UHGV virus genome: UHGV-1373565
DNA: 46,060 nucleotides
Strand: one strand, 5' to 3'
Source of the DNA: a virus
Positions 36,181 to 45,533 of the stretch are shown here, one piece after another. Each line of letters opens with the position of its first letter. Within the stretch, counting starts at the first letter, position 1. A program made the position numbers and the translations under genes. The notes beneath the pieces were generated by a model, which ran no database searches, was not told the DNA's origin, and was given only the letters and a program-made list of their open reading frames with translations.

Positions 36181-36256
36181 CGGTCAGATGTGCATGAGCC
36201 TACTTGATGCAACTAGTCTTGGTTTCTACATATTAGGATTAGAAAGAGGCTACTAA
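36047..36256 (+). CDS. o-spanin (Rz1-like outer-membrane lipoprotein).
   Basis: Signal peptide MRKLKLTILAPILLSGLMTTSGC with a lipobox Cys; aaggaggag RBS; embedded in the preceding ORF. Confidence 0.55.
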   Translation: MRKLKLTILAPILLSGLMTTSGCVMQKETRQMPVKPFLTTVTQVDGQMCMSLLDATSLGFYILGLERGY

Positions 36257-36318
36257 TGTAGCCTTATAACTCATAGCCATTCACAGTGAGTGGCTAGCAG
36301 TTATAAGGAGAGAATGAA

Positions 36319-38265
36319 ATGGCTTTAACAAGGCTTACATCACCTACTCGCTCATTTGATACAATACAGCAAGCCATTTCTTATGGCCCTAAATTTAGAG
36401 TTGGTGACAGGATCTTTATATATGGTGAGGAAGGTGTATCTTTCGATTATAAGGTTGGGTCTTATTTAGTAGATAATGGAACAGTATTTCAGGCAGGCTC
36501 AGGTTATCTAGTAAGATCATTTGAAGGTGCTGCTAGATCTTCTTGGTTCTCATCATGGTCAGGTCTGGTTACTTACATGTCATTACCGGGAAGATCTCTT
36601 ATTGTGGACAATGAAGTTAAGGCAACATCTGTTATGTACTTAAAATCTTTATCATCCCTTAAGTTCACACCATCAGGTGTTATTGTACCAAATGACACAC
36701 CCTCTCAAGTTATTAATATCTTAGGTACAGAGCCAACAGCTTTCTCAAGTCTTGCTGGGGATATGAAGGCAAGCAGTGCGCTTGTAACATTCAGTGATAG
36801 CGTTGGTATTGTAGCAGGTGATAACGTAGTAATTAAATCTGACAGACCTTGTGACGGTGGCCCTAACTCTTATGGCGTAAGAGCCTCAGTCCTAAGGACG
36901 GTTCTGGCAACAACTTCATCTGGCGGTATTACAACTGCACTATTAGACCAGACAGTGCACTATACATTCCTTGTTTCAGAGAATGCTGTTATTGGCAAAT
37001 ATTACCCAGTTAGTGATGTTGAGCTTGTTGATGTTAAGATAAATAAACAAGCTAATGTAACTACACTATTTACACTTGGTATATCAATGCAGTATTGCAA
37101 CAATATCAAGATCAAGGGTGGTGTACTTCAAGGTAGTAAGCCAGCTGGCACAGGTGATATAACAGGTAGATCAGCTATCAAGTTTAATAACTGCCGTAAC
37201 TCTTTTGTTGATGGAACTCATTTCTACTCTATTGGTTGGTACGGGGTAGAGGTACTTGGGGCTTCAGAGGATATACAGGTTAATAGGATTAAGGCGTGGG
37301 ATGTACGACACGCTATTAGTCTTAACTGGCAGACTACAACAGATGGCCCTAAGTGGGGTGAGCCTATCACATTTAAGGCGAAGGACTGCATTGCTTATAA
37401 CACTGTTCAATCCGGGTTTGATACACATGATATTGGTAAGCGTATCCAGTTTATCAACTGCATTTCATATGATGCTGGTGATGACGGGTTCCAAGCCAGA
37501 ACAAATGGTGTTGAATATATAGGATGTAAGGCATATAGACCTAAGCTAGATGGGTTTGCATCTAATACCGGTGTAGCTTTCCCTATTTATAGGGGATGTG
37601 TAGCATACAATGCACCACGAGCAGGCTTCAATACATCTTATGGCGGAGGTTATATATATGACTGTGAAGCACACTTCTGTGCAGAGGGTGTAAGGACTAA
37701 TGGTGGAATTGTAGAGGGTGGCAGATACACTAATATATCTAAGGCTGAAATCTTTATAACTAAAGATGTTTCAGGGACTCAGCAGCTTCCTCTTGTTATT
37801 AGAGATGTAGGTTTGAAGTATGATGGCAATGGGAGGGCTATATATTTCCATGGGACAATGGGAATTGACCCAACATTAGTGACTATTGAAGGCTGCGACA
37901 TGACAGGTCATGGATTGGCTTGGGCACTTTTGTCTGGATACTCAACACAGCCAACACCACCTAGAATGAGTAGGAATATACTAGATGATGTCAATGTTCG
38001 TGGCGTAGCTACTTTAGTAGCTGGTACTGCAACTGTAAATGCTAGGGTTCGTGGACAATTTAGTTCTAATGCTAACTCATTCAAGTGGGTATCTGAGATT
38101 AAACTTACAAGGCTTACATACCCAAGTACTGCTGGCCATATTTCTGTTACGGCAGTTACTCAAGATGCAAGTGTACCAACACCTAACCCAGACTTAAACT
38201 CTTTCACTATAAAGAGTTCTAATTCGGCAGATGTTTCACAAATTATGTGGGAGATATTCCTCTAA
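36319..38265 (+). CDS. Tailspike protein 2 with a right-handed beta-helix (pectate-lyase-like) depolymerase domain (648 aa).
   Basis: Periodic G/N/V-rich beta-helix repeats (NNIKIKGGVLQG...NCRNSFVDGTHF...); AT-richer codon usage than tailspike 1. Confidence 0.6.
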   Translation: MALTRLTSPTRSFDTIQQAISYGPKFRVGDRIFIYGEEGVSFDYKVGSYLVDNGTVFQAGSGYLVRSFEGAARSSWFSSWSGLVTYMSLPGRSLIVDNEVKATSVMYLKSLSSLKFTPSGVIVPNDTPSQVINILGTEPTAFSSLAGDMKASSALVTFSDSVGIVAGDNVVIKSDRPCDGGPNSYGVRASVLRTVLATTSSGGITTALLDQTVHYTFLVSENAVIGKYYPVSDVELVDVKINKQANVTTLFTLGISMQYCNNIKIKGGVLQGSKPAGTGDITGRSAIKFNNCRNSFVDGTHFYSIGWYGVEVLGASEDIQVNRIKAWDVRHAISLNWQTTTDGPKWGEPITFKAKDCIAYNTVQSGFDTHDIGKRIQFINCISYDAGDDGFQARTNGVEYIGCKAYRPKLDGFASNTGVAFPIYRGCVAYNAPRAGFNTSYGGGYIYDCEAHFCAEGVRTNGGIVEGGRYTNISKAEIFITKDVSGTQQLPLVIRDVGLKYDGNGRAIYFHGTMGIDPTLVTIEGCDMTGHGLAWALLSGYSTQPTPPRMSRNILDDVNVRGVATLVAGTATVNARVRGQFSSNANSFKWVSEIKLTRLTYPSTAGHISVTAVTQDASVPTPNPDLNSFTIKSSNSADVSQIMWEIFL

Positions 38266-38273
38266 AGGTAATT

Positions 38274-38429
38274 ATGCCACTTATCAAATCATTAAGTAAG
38301 AAAGCAGTTCAGCAGAACACAGCTGAGCTTATCGCAAGTGGTAGGCCAGCTGAACAAGCTTATGCTATTGCTAAAGATGTACAAAGAGATGCTAGGAAGC
38401 TTAAGAAGCCTTCTGGTGTTAAATCGTAA
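38274..38429 (+). CDS. Possible small basic protein (51 aa).
   Basis: ORF only; weak. Confidence 0.2.
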   Translation: MPLIKSLSKKAVQQNTAELIASGRPAEQAYAIAKDVQRDARKLKKPSGVKS

Positions 38430-39234
38430 CCAATTGGCAGCTTGCTAGGTAGTTAGAGTAAGCTGCTGTTAACTGGAGTAAGCTATGAGAATTAATGCAC
38501 ACAGTCTTTCATATCTACATCGTAAGTATAAGAGAGGGTATGTAGAAGGTTAAGTAAGCTAGCTAGGTAGCCATTAGTGGTTACTGTAAGCTGGCCTTGA
38601 AACTAAAATTAGGTTGGGCAGCTACAGCAGTTCCCGCCGCCGCCAGCTTCAGCTTTCCCCCCATCGGGGTGGCTGACTGGCACCTCTTAGGCCGCAGGCA
38701 GTTAGAGGGGGGGGTGGGTAGGCTGGCTCAGGCTGGCTAGGTAGCTGGCATCAGCTTGCATCAGTTAGCGTAAGTCATTGATGTTGCACTCGCTTGCTAG
38801 TACATGAGATCACTCTACGTGAAATCTGGCTAGCTTGCGTGGGCTATCAAGCTGCTAATTCAAGCTGGTGCATCAGCTGTACTCGTGTGCTAGTGCGCTG
38901 ACAGTGGCTGATTGGCAAGCTGCTAGGTGGCTTGTACTAGTCAGCTAGTACGTTGTGTGCTGCTGGGTGTATCTGTCTTTAGTCTTATGGGTTAACCAAC
39001 CACAGCTTGCAGTAACTCACTAGCAGCTTATTGGGTAGCTCATAGGTAGCTTACAAGGCTCAAAGCTTGCTGGTACTACTGATGGCTTACTAGGTAGCTT
39101 ACTATCACTGACTAGGTAGCTACTGTTAGTTCACTAGGTAGCTAGCTATGGCTGACTAGGTAGTTACTAGGTGGATTGATGTAAGCTTACTCAAGCTCTC
39201 TTAGTGCATCATTCGATGCACAATATAAGAAGAA

Positions 39235-39258
39235 TAAGACACTACAATAAGAATAGAG
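39235..39258 (+). promoter_or_regulatory. Weak phage-promoter-like site (taagacactacaataagaatagag), preceded by hairpin gtgcatc-attc-gatgcac.
   Basis: Core ACTACAATA conserved; flanks divergent. Confidence 0.4.
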
Positions 39259-39288
39259 TACGCCTTGCCAATAGCTCTCATCAGCTAC

Positions 39289-39318
39289 TTGCAACAGCCT
39301 ACTCAGCCTACGTATAAC
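39289..39318 (+). promoter_or_regulatory. Sigma70-type promoter (TTGCAA-N18-TATAAC).
   Basis: -35 and -10 hexamers with 18-bp spacing, upstream of the early genes. Confidence 0.5.
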
Positions 39319-39418
39319 CACTAGGTAGCTGCTTGTAGCTATGGTCGGCTGACTAGGTAGCTTTAGTCAGTCTAGTGCACTAGATTAAGCTAATGTGAGC
39401 TACATCACTAAAATGGTG

Positions 39419-39447
39419 TTGACTAGGTAGCTCACTGTAGGTATAGT
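39419..39447 (+). promoter_or_regulatory. Strong sigma70-type promoter (TTGACT-N17-TATAGT); its -35 is provided by an ACTAGGTAGCT repeat unit.
   Basis: Near-consensus hexamers with 17-bp spacing; about 370-nt untranslated leader before the first early ORF. Confidence 0.6.
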
Positions 39448-39817
39448 TACTTACATCAAGACGAAGCAGCGATGCAAAGTAGCTTGATGAGCAGTAAGCT
39501 TACAGAACGCTAATCAGCTCAAGTATGTAAGAGTAGTTAAGTGTAAGGACTCCGCTAGATGAAACAGGCTAGGGTCGATTGAGCAAGGGTCGCTAAATCC
39601 TTCTCCATACATTACGATGATATGGCTACACTGTGAACTACATCGCTCTTTAACAATATGGATAGGAAGTTGAATAGAGCTGATGAAAGCTCTTGTGACC
39701 GCTCAAGCGGTGCTAATTAACCTAAGAAGCTCAGCTAGTGCTAGACACACCAGAAAGGTGCTGAGCAGCTTATTAAGGTGAGCTTGATAGACTAACCACA
39801 ACCAATAGGTAGCTATC

Positions 39818-39991
39818 ATGGAGAGAGAAGTAATTGAGGGTACATTAGTACAATACAAAGATAACTATGGTTATCGTGTTTGGGGTAAGGTTACTCAGCA
39901 TTACACATCAGCTATGGGCTATGAGTGTGTAGAGCTTACTAATGGCGCTAGATTAAAAGTCTCTGATATACTTAAAGTTAAGTATCCATAA
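39818..39991 (+). CDS. First early ORF (57 aa), unknown function.
   Basis: ORF downstream of the host-type promoters; weak RBS. Confidence 0.35.
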   Translation: MEREVIEGTLVQYKDNYGYRVWGKVTQHYTSAMGYECVELTNGARLKVSDILKVKYP

Positions 39992-40375
39992 CAAGGCTAG
40001 CCAGCAGCTTGCTGGCAGTCTATCAAGCTTGCTTTCAACTGGAGATAGTATTATGAAACTGATTGGTAAAGGTGCATTTACTAAAGCTTACTTGCTTGAT
40101 AGCGGTAGGGTATAGATATTGGATTTGAGATAAGCCCACGTAACATCTAGGTTGTTACTGGTGGATACCTGATACTAGCTGATTGCTTCTTTCATCACCC
40201 TGCACTGACTAAAGTCAGAAGCAAGAAGTAGCAAACTAGCAGCCATTAGCTAATAGTGGCTGCAATGATTGTTGCTAACTAACTGGAGAAGTTAACATGT
40301 GGTTACTTTATCTTAATGTAGGCTTAGTTGTTACACTAGGTACTATCGGTTATCGCTTATTCTGAGGGCTAACTA

Positions 40376-40564
40376 ATGACTTATTTATTTATAGCCGCTT
40401 GCGGTTGGCTGACATTTATCTACAAAGTTCGCCGTGACTTTCTGAGGGCACATAAGCGCTACCTCATTACGAAGAAGGGCGACATCTGGACTGTGCGAGA
40501 CAAGCGAGGTCGCTTTGTAACACTCACTGATAACTACTGGGACATCTGCAAACTAGGGGCTTGA
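40376..40564 (+). CDS. Early hypothetical protein (62 aa) with N-terminal hydrophobic segment.
   Basis: gaggg RBS; ORF track. Confidence 0.45.
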   Translation: MTYLFIAACGWLTFIYKVRRDFLRAHKRYLITKKGDIWTVRDKRGRFVTLTDNYWDICKLGA

Positions 40565-40565
40565 T

Positions 40566-40775
40566 ATGAACTACGATGAGATTATCAAAGAGTGTGAGCG
40601 GGTTATGGAGAGGGCTAATGAGATTACCAGTGTTAACGTAGAGCTTAGCTTAGCCCTCTGGGAGAATGCTTACAATCGCTACGTAGCAGCACTCAGGGCT
40701 ATGAGGCAAGCTAAGCGTATTCACTACACCAACTGCGGCTCTGTAGACCTGAGGATAGAAACATGTCTCAACTAA
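40566..40775 (+). CDS. Early hypothetical protein (69 aa).
   Basis: ORF track; ATGA-type coupling with the previous gene. Confidence 0.4.
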   Translation: MNYDEIIKECERVMERANEITSVNVELSLALWENAYNRYVAALRAMRQAKRIHYTNCGSVDLRIETCLN

Positions 40776-40898
40776 CCTACTTGAGCCAGATTGCAGCAGC
40801 AGAAAGTAAACTGGCTATAGCTAACTTCTTAGGTGATAAGAAGATGAGAGGTGAAGCTATTCAGGCCATCCATAAAGCTAAACTGGAGTATAGGAATT

Positions 40899-41069
40899 AT
40901 GTCAAAAGATAGTAAGTCGGATGAGGCTATATATGCCAGCACTAAGCCCAACTGGACAGATGAGGAATGGCGGGAATTTAACAGACTCTCTAGGGAAATG
41001 GAGCGAGAGTTATCTAAAGCTGCTAGTGCTGGCTTGTTCCTGACAGCAGCAGACTTGCGTGAGGAGTGA
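40899..41069 (+). CDS. Early hypothetical acidic protein (56 aa from the ATG; track ORF 40851-41069).
   Basis: ggag RBS upstream of the ATG at 40899; a 49-aa ORF at 40763-40912 overlaps it. Confidence 0.3.
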   Translation: MSKDSKSDEAIYASTKPNWTDEEWREFNRLSREMERELSKAASAGLFLTAADLREE

Positions 41070-41139
41070 GAGACTAAAGGCAGCTTGCGAGTTGCCTTTA
41101 TGACTATCATTCGATAGCCGTTAACTTGAGGAAAGTAAC

Positions 41140-42186
41140 ATGCAAAACATCATTGATTCTATCAAAGCTATATTAGTTGAAATGGCTGATGATAAGAGCG
41201 AGACAACCGTTAAGGCTGCTTATGCTCAAGTTGTGGAATTAGGTGTTGATGTTAGCGAGATAGTAACTAAAACTCGCGCTAGCTTTATTCAGACGCTGGA
41301 TAGCTTGCGGGTGCGCTTGCAAGATGACCTGTTAGCACAAGCTGAGGCTAGCGCACTTACAGAGCTTGAATGCCTTGAAAGTGAGATTAAGGCAACTATA
41401 GCTGACGCTGGCAAGGCTACATTCCATTTAGGGGAGTTGCTGCTGAAAGCTAAAGATGCTCACGAAAGCACACCTGATTTCCTTAAGTGGGTTGATGAGA
41501 AATTCGGCATCAAGAAGGCGTGGGCTTATCGCTTGATGAAAGTGGCTAGCGTATTCCAAGAGGATGTATGGAAAGCAACTGCTGTTGAGGTGCTGTATAC
41601 CCTGCAATCCCAAGCCACTGACAGCCAGCTTGAGCAGGCCAGAGAGCTGGCTGAGGCTGGCAAGCTGAACCGCAAGACCCTCTCTGAGCTGCTGGAGCCT
41701 GTAGCGCCACCAGTTAAGCAAGTTGATCAGCCAGAGCCACAGAGCAGCCAGAAGCTACTGCAACAAGCTGCTGATAGCCTTATTGCAAGCGCTGCTGAGC
41801 CACAGGAGGCCGCTCCACAGCTGCCAGAGTCTAGCGCACTAGACAGCAAGCCACAGGAGGATAAAGAGGATTTGATGGAGCTTGTAAGAGAATTACGTGA
41901 GCAGCTGGCGCTACAGCAGCAGCAGAATGCGGAGCTTATGAAACAAATCGCAGAGGCTAACAAGCCACGTATAGCAGCCAGTAACGCGCCTATGCTGCCA
42001 CAGTTCACAAGCGCTTGCATGTATGCCCGCTTAGGGCTGGCTGCTGAGGATGCGGCAGATAAGGCTAAGATTCTGGAAGCATTCAAGAGCTTATGTAAAG
42101 CTGGCTACGGTCGCCAGCATGAGGCGTACAGCTTGCTTGATGAGGCTCGCCATAAGCTCATTCACGCTATGGAGGCCGCAGCATGA
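41140..42186 (+). CDS. Large early protein (348 aa), A/Q/E-rich and helical, at the T7 gp0.7 position. No protein-kinase motifs recognised.
   Basis: gagga RBS. Positional analogy to gp0.7, but no GxGxxG / HRD / DFG motifs. Confidence 0.6.
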   Translation: MQNIIDSIKAILVEMADDKSETTVKAAYAQVVELGVDVSEIVTKTRASFIQTLDSLRVRLQDDLLAQAEASALTELECLESEIKATIADAGKATFHLGELLLKAKDAHESTPDFLKWVDEKFGIKKAWAYRLMKVASVFQEDVWKATAVEVLYTLQSQATDSQLEQARELAEAGKLNRKTLSELLEPVAPPVKQVDQPEPQSSQKLLQQAADSLIASAAEPQEAAPQLPESSALDSKPQEDKEDLMELVRELREQLALQQQQNAELMKQIAEANKPRIAASNAPMLPQFTSACMYARLGLAAEDAADKAKILEAFKSLCKAGYGRQHEAYSLLDEARHKLIHAMEAAA

Positions 42187-42410
42187 AAATCTATGTAAGT
42201 GAAGGCACTCATTATAGGATTAACCATAACGGATTACGGGAGTTCTGGAGCACCTCAAGTGGTGGTTGGATGTTAAGTATAGTTGCACTTGAGGGAGGGC
42301 ACCCCACGAACGTTGGAAAGCTGGCTTAAGGCTTATAGGTAACAACTTTAGGCTTAAGTAACTACTGGCGGCTAGCGATAGCCGCTATCAACTCTTTATA
42401 AGGAAATCAG

Positions 42411-45044
42411 ATGTACACTAGCGATGAGCTTTACCAGAAACAACTTGAGCTAGAAGGGGAAATGCACGGCTATGGTGTTACTCGCTTTGACCGTAACAAC
42501 CAACGTGCAATTGATAGCGGTACACCTTCAGACACTGATTGGAACCGCCGTTTACTTTCTAACTTCATTGAGCCTATGGTGAAGGGTATCAATGCTTATA
42601 AGGAGTATTACAAGACTAAAGCTGGACGGCCTACGGTGGCTTTAAAGTACATTCGTCAGGTGCAGCCAGAGCAAGCAGCTTACATTGCCATTAAGAATAT
42701 CCTTGATGTGCTGGGGAGTACCACATTTGATGCTAACTGGCTTGTTACCACTATTGGGCGTCGTATAGAGGATCAAGTGAGATTCACTAAGCTTGAGGAG
42801 GCTGCCCCTAAGTATGTTGGCAAGGTTAAGGATAGCTTAGCTAAGCGTAATTCACTACAGTATGCACACCAGCATAAAGTGCTGGTAGCTACTGAGAAGA
42901 AACTAGCTGAGAATCCAGAACGTGCGCAGCTTGAGTTACCACGCTGGCAAGAATGGGCGGAGGAGGATTGCAAGCACGTTGGTAGCTTGCTGGTCAATAT
43001 CTTTGAGCAGTGCATTTTGTTTGAAGGTGAGCCAGTAATCCGTAAGGAGGTGCAGACAGTTCGCAAAGGTACATTGGTTTTCATCAAGCCCACTGAGAAA
43101 GTTACCAAGTGGATTCATGAGTTCAGAGAGGCTATTGGTGGGCTTGCTCCGGCTTATGCACCTTGCGTAGTTCCTCCACTTGATTGGACTTCCCCATTTA
43201 CTGGCGGGTTCCATACGGAAGCTGTTAGCAGCACTCTGCATCTTGCTAAGGTTCGCAATAAGCGCCACTTGCGTAAGCTGACTAAAGAGCAGATGCCAGC
43301 AGTTTATAAGGCTGTAAACAATTTGCAGAAAGTACGCTGGCGTATCTCTGAGCGTGTGCTTGCAACTGCTAACACGCTTGTAGAGCTGGGCTTGCCTTAT
43401 GCGCTCCCTTCTAAGGATGAAAGTGATTGGAAAGAGAAGAATCCATGCCCTGTGCCTGAGTATCTGCAAGACCTGCGAGGCGAGCAGCTAAAAGCGGCGC
43501 TTACTGCCAGTCAGTGGGAAGCGTTTCAGGAGTGGAAACAGTTGGCACGTCAGAACTACGACGAGGAGAGTGAGCGCGTAGCAAGCTTTAGGGAAGTTGT
43601 ACGTACCTTAGGGCAAGCTAACCGCTACGTTGGATTTGATGCAATCTACTTTGTGTACACGCTGGACTTTCGCGGACGTGTCTACTGCCAGAGTAGCCTT
43701 GTAAGCCCACAGGGTGGCGACTTGCAGAAAGCTCTCATCAAGTTTGCTGATGGAATGAAGCTGGGCGAGCGTGGTGAATACTGGTTTAAGGTGCATGGTG
43801 CTAACGAGTGGGGGTGGGATAAAAAGGAGTTTGACGAGCGCGTAGCCCTTGTAAGTGAGCCTGAATTCTGCGAGATGTGCCTAGACATTGCAAGTGACCC
43901 TGTGACCTTCAATGACTGGATTAAAGCTGATAAGCCGTGGCAGTTCCTCAACTGGTGCTTTGAGTATGCTGACTTTCTGAAGCATGTGCAATCAGGTGGC
44001 AACCCACAGGACTTTGTAAGCTACATCCCGTGTGCGATGGATGGTTCTTGCTCTGGTATTCAACATTATAGTGCCATGCTGCGTGATACAGTTGGTGGTG
44101 CTGCTGTTAACTTGGTTAACTCTGACAAGCCTAATGACATCTACGGGGAAGTCTGCAAGGTTGCTATTAAGGAGCTGCAAGCAATTGCTGATGGCTCACA
44201 GGTCTATGATGGCAAGATTGACCCTGTACTAGCTCAGCAGCTGGCGCAGGAGTGGCTGCGTCTGCAACCAAATCGCAGCCTAACTAAGAAGCCTGTTATG
44301 ACCCTGCCTTACGGCAGCACTCAGTTAACTTGCCGTGAGCATGTTAGCCAGTGGCTGAAAGATTTGCAGAAGGAGGAGAATAAGCGAGCTAAGGCAGAGT
44401 TTAGGGAGCCTATGAAGGTACACGCTTTTGGTGATGCTGATAGTGCAATGCCGCTAAAGTTTGCTGAGTCACTTATGACTAGCATTGTGTGGCACTCTAT
44501 CGGTAAGGTTGTAGTAGCTGCGAGGGCTGGTATGGCTTACATCAAAGCCGTCACAAGCTCAGTGGCTAAGATGAATATGCCGCTTGAGTGGACTACTCCA
44601 ACAGGCTTTATTGTCCGTCAGGAGATTTACCAGTTCACAACACGTCAGGTAAACACTCAGCTGCTGGGTGGTACTAAGTTTGTAGTCAGCACTAAGAGTA
44701 AGGATATTGATTATCATCGCATGATTAACTCTTGCGCACCTAACTTTGTTCACTCAATGGATGCGAGCCACCTTACACTGGCAACTAACTACTTTGCAGA
44801 TGCAGGTATTAGCAGCATTGCAGTAATCCATGATAGCTTTGGCACACATGCAGGAGCTACTGACCTGCTGCGTGAGCGTCTGCGAGCTTCAATGGTGGAT
44901 ATGTACGAACAGCATGATGTTATCACTAACTTCCTTGCTGAAACTGAGGGCAGACTTATGACAGCTTTTGAGCACATTCGTGTGCCAGAGCGTGGTGAGC
45001 TGCAACTTGATAGCATTAATCAAAGTACGTATGCTTTTGCTTAA
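42411..45044 (+). CDS. Single-subunit DNA-dependent RNA polymerase (T7 gp1-like), 877 aa.
   Basis: Length; conserved segments such as ...PCVVPP..., ...YGSTQ..., IHDSFGTHA (motif C) and the C-terminal ...AFA; nine cognate promoters are present in the window. Confidence 0.95.
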   Translation: MYTSDELYQKQLELEGEMHGYGVTRFDRNNQRAIDSGTPSDTDWNRRLLSNFIEPMVKGINAYKEYYKTKAGRPTVALKYIRQVQPEQAAYIAIKNILDVLGSTTFDANWLVTTIGRRIEDQVRFTKLEEAAPKYVGKVKDSLAKRNSLQYAHQHKVLVATEKKLAENPERAQLELPRWQEWAEEDCKHVGSLLVNIFEQCILFEGEPVIRKEVQTVRKGTLVFIKPTEKVTKWIHEFREAIGGLAPAYAPCVVPPLDWTSPFTGGFHTEAVSSTLHLAKVRNKRHLRKLTKEQMPAVYKAVNNLQKVRWRISERVLATANTLVELGLPYALPSKDESDWKEKNPCPVPEYLQDLRGEQLKAALTASQWEAFQEWKQLARQNYDEESERVASFREVVRTLGQANRYVGFDAIYFVYTLDFRGRVYCQSSLVSPQGGDLQKALIKFADGMKLGERGEYWFKVHGANEWGWDKKEFDERVALVSEPEFCEMCLDIASDPVTFNDWIKADKPWQFLNWCFEYADFLKHVQSGGNPQDFVSYIPCAMDGSCSGIQHYSAMLRDTVGGAAVNLVNSDKPNDIYGEVCKVAIKELQAIADGSQVYDGKIDPVLAQQLAQEWLRLQPNRSLTKKPVMTLPYGSTQLTCREHVSQWLKDLQKEENKRAKAEFREPMKVHAFGDADSAMPLKFAESLMTSIVWHSIGKVVVAARAGMAYIKAVTSSVAKMNMPLEWTTPTGFIVRQEIYQFTTRQVNTQLLGGTKFVVSTKSKDIDYHRMINSCAPNFVHSMDASHLTLATNYFADAGISSIAVIHDSFGTHAGATDLLRERLRASMVDMYEQHDVITNFLAETEGRLMTAFEHIRVPERGELQLDSINQSTYAFA

Positions 45045-45053
45045 GGAGACACT

Positions 45054-45533
45054 ATGGAGCAGGTAGAAAATTATGAAGGGTATTATGTTGATAAGAGTGG
45101 CTGCGTATATAGCCAATGGAAGGGTAATGGTAGGCGAGGTGGCAGGTCTTTAGGGATGTCCCTTAAGAAACTGAAACAGCAGATTCAGAATGGGTATAAG
45201 TATGTAACCTTAGTTAATGATAAGGGAAGAAGGACAATACCTGTTCATAGGATAGTGGCAACTGCCTACCTGCCATTAGAGGCTGGAAAGGGAGAAGTGA
45301 ACCATAAGGATAAGGATAGACTTAACAACCATTGTGATAATTTAGAATGGTGTGATAGGCAATATAATGTGGAACACTCACAGGCACTAACTTATGAGTT
45401 CACATCTCCAGAGGGAGTTAAGGTTACAGTGTTCAACCTCAATAAATTTTGTAAGGCTAATAGCTTAAATACTGGATGTATGTGTGAGGTTCACAGTGGT
45501 AAACGAAATCAACATAAGGGTTGGAAGAAATGA
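45054..45533 (+). CDS. Free-standing HNH endonuclease (HNH_3 family), paralogous to the 8165 gene.
   Basis: EVNHKDKDRLNNHCDNLEW motif; AT-rich composition; aggag RBS. Confidence 0.8.
   Translation: MEQVENYEGYYVDKSGCVYSQWKGNGRRGGRSLGMSLKKLKQQIQNGYKYVTLVNDKGRRTIPVHRIVATAYLPLEAGKGEVNHKDKDRLNNHCDNLEWCDRQYNVEHSQALTYEFTSPEGVKVTVFNLNKFCKANSLNTGCMCEVHSGKRNQHKGWKK

Larger units (their letters stand above)
38560..39460. repeat. Array of about 12 dispersed copies of ACTAGGTAGCT (often as (T/C)TGACTAGGTAGCT) within a 1.4-kb ORF-free region. Also includes a GC-rich patch (38625-38745) with C6/G7 homopolymers.
   Basis: Direct reading; no ORF of 60 aa or more on any frame between 38430 and 39817. Confidence 0.7.

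Noticed and set aside
41140-42186. Annotation as a gp0.7-type protein kinase.
   Set aside because: The position matches, but no GxGxxG, VAIK, HRD or DFG motifs are present. Calling it a kinase would be unsupported.
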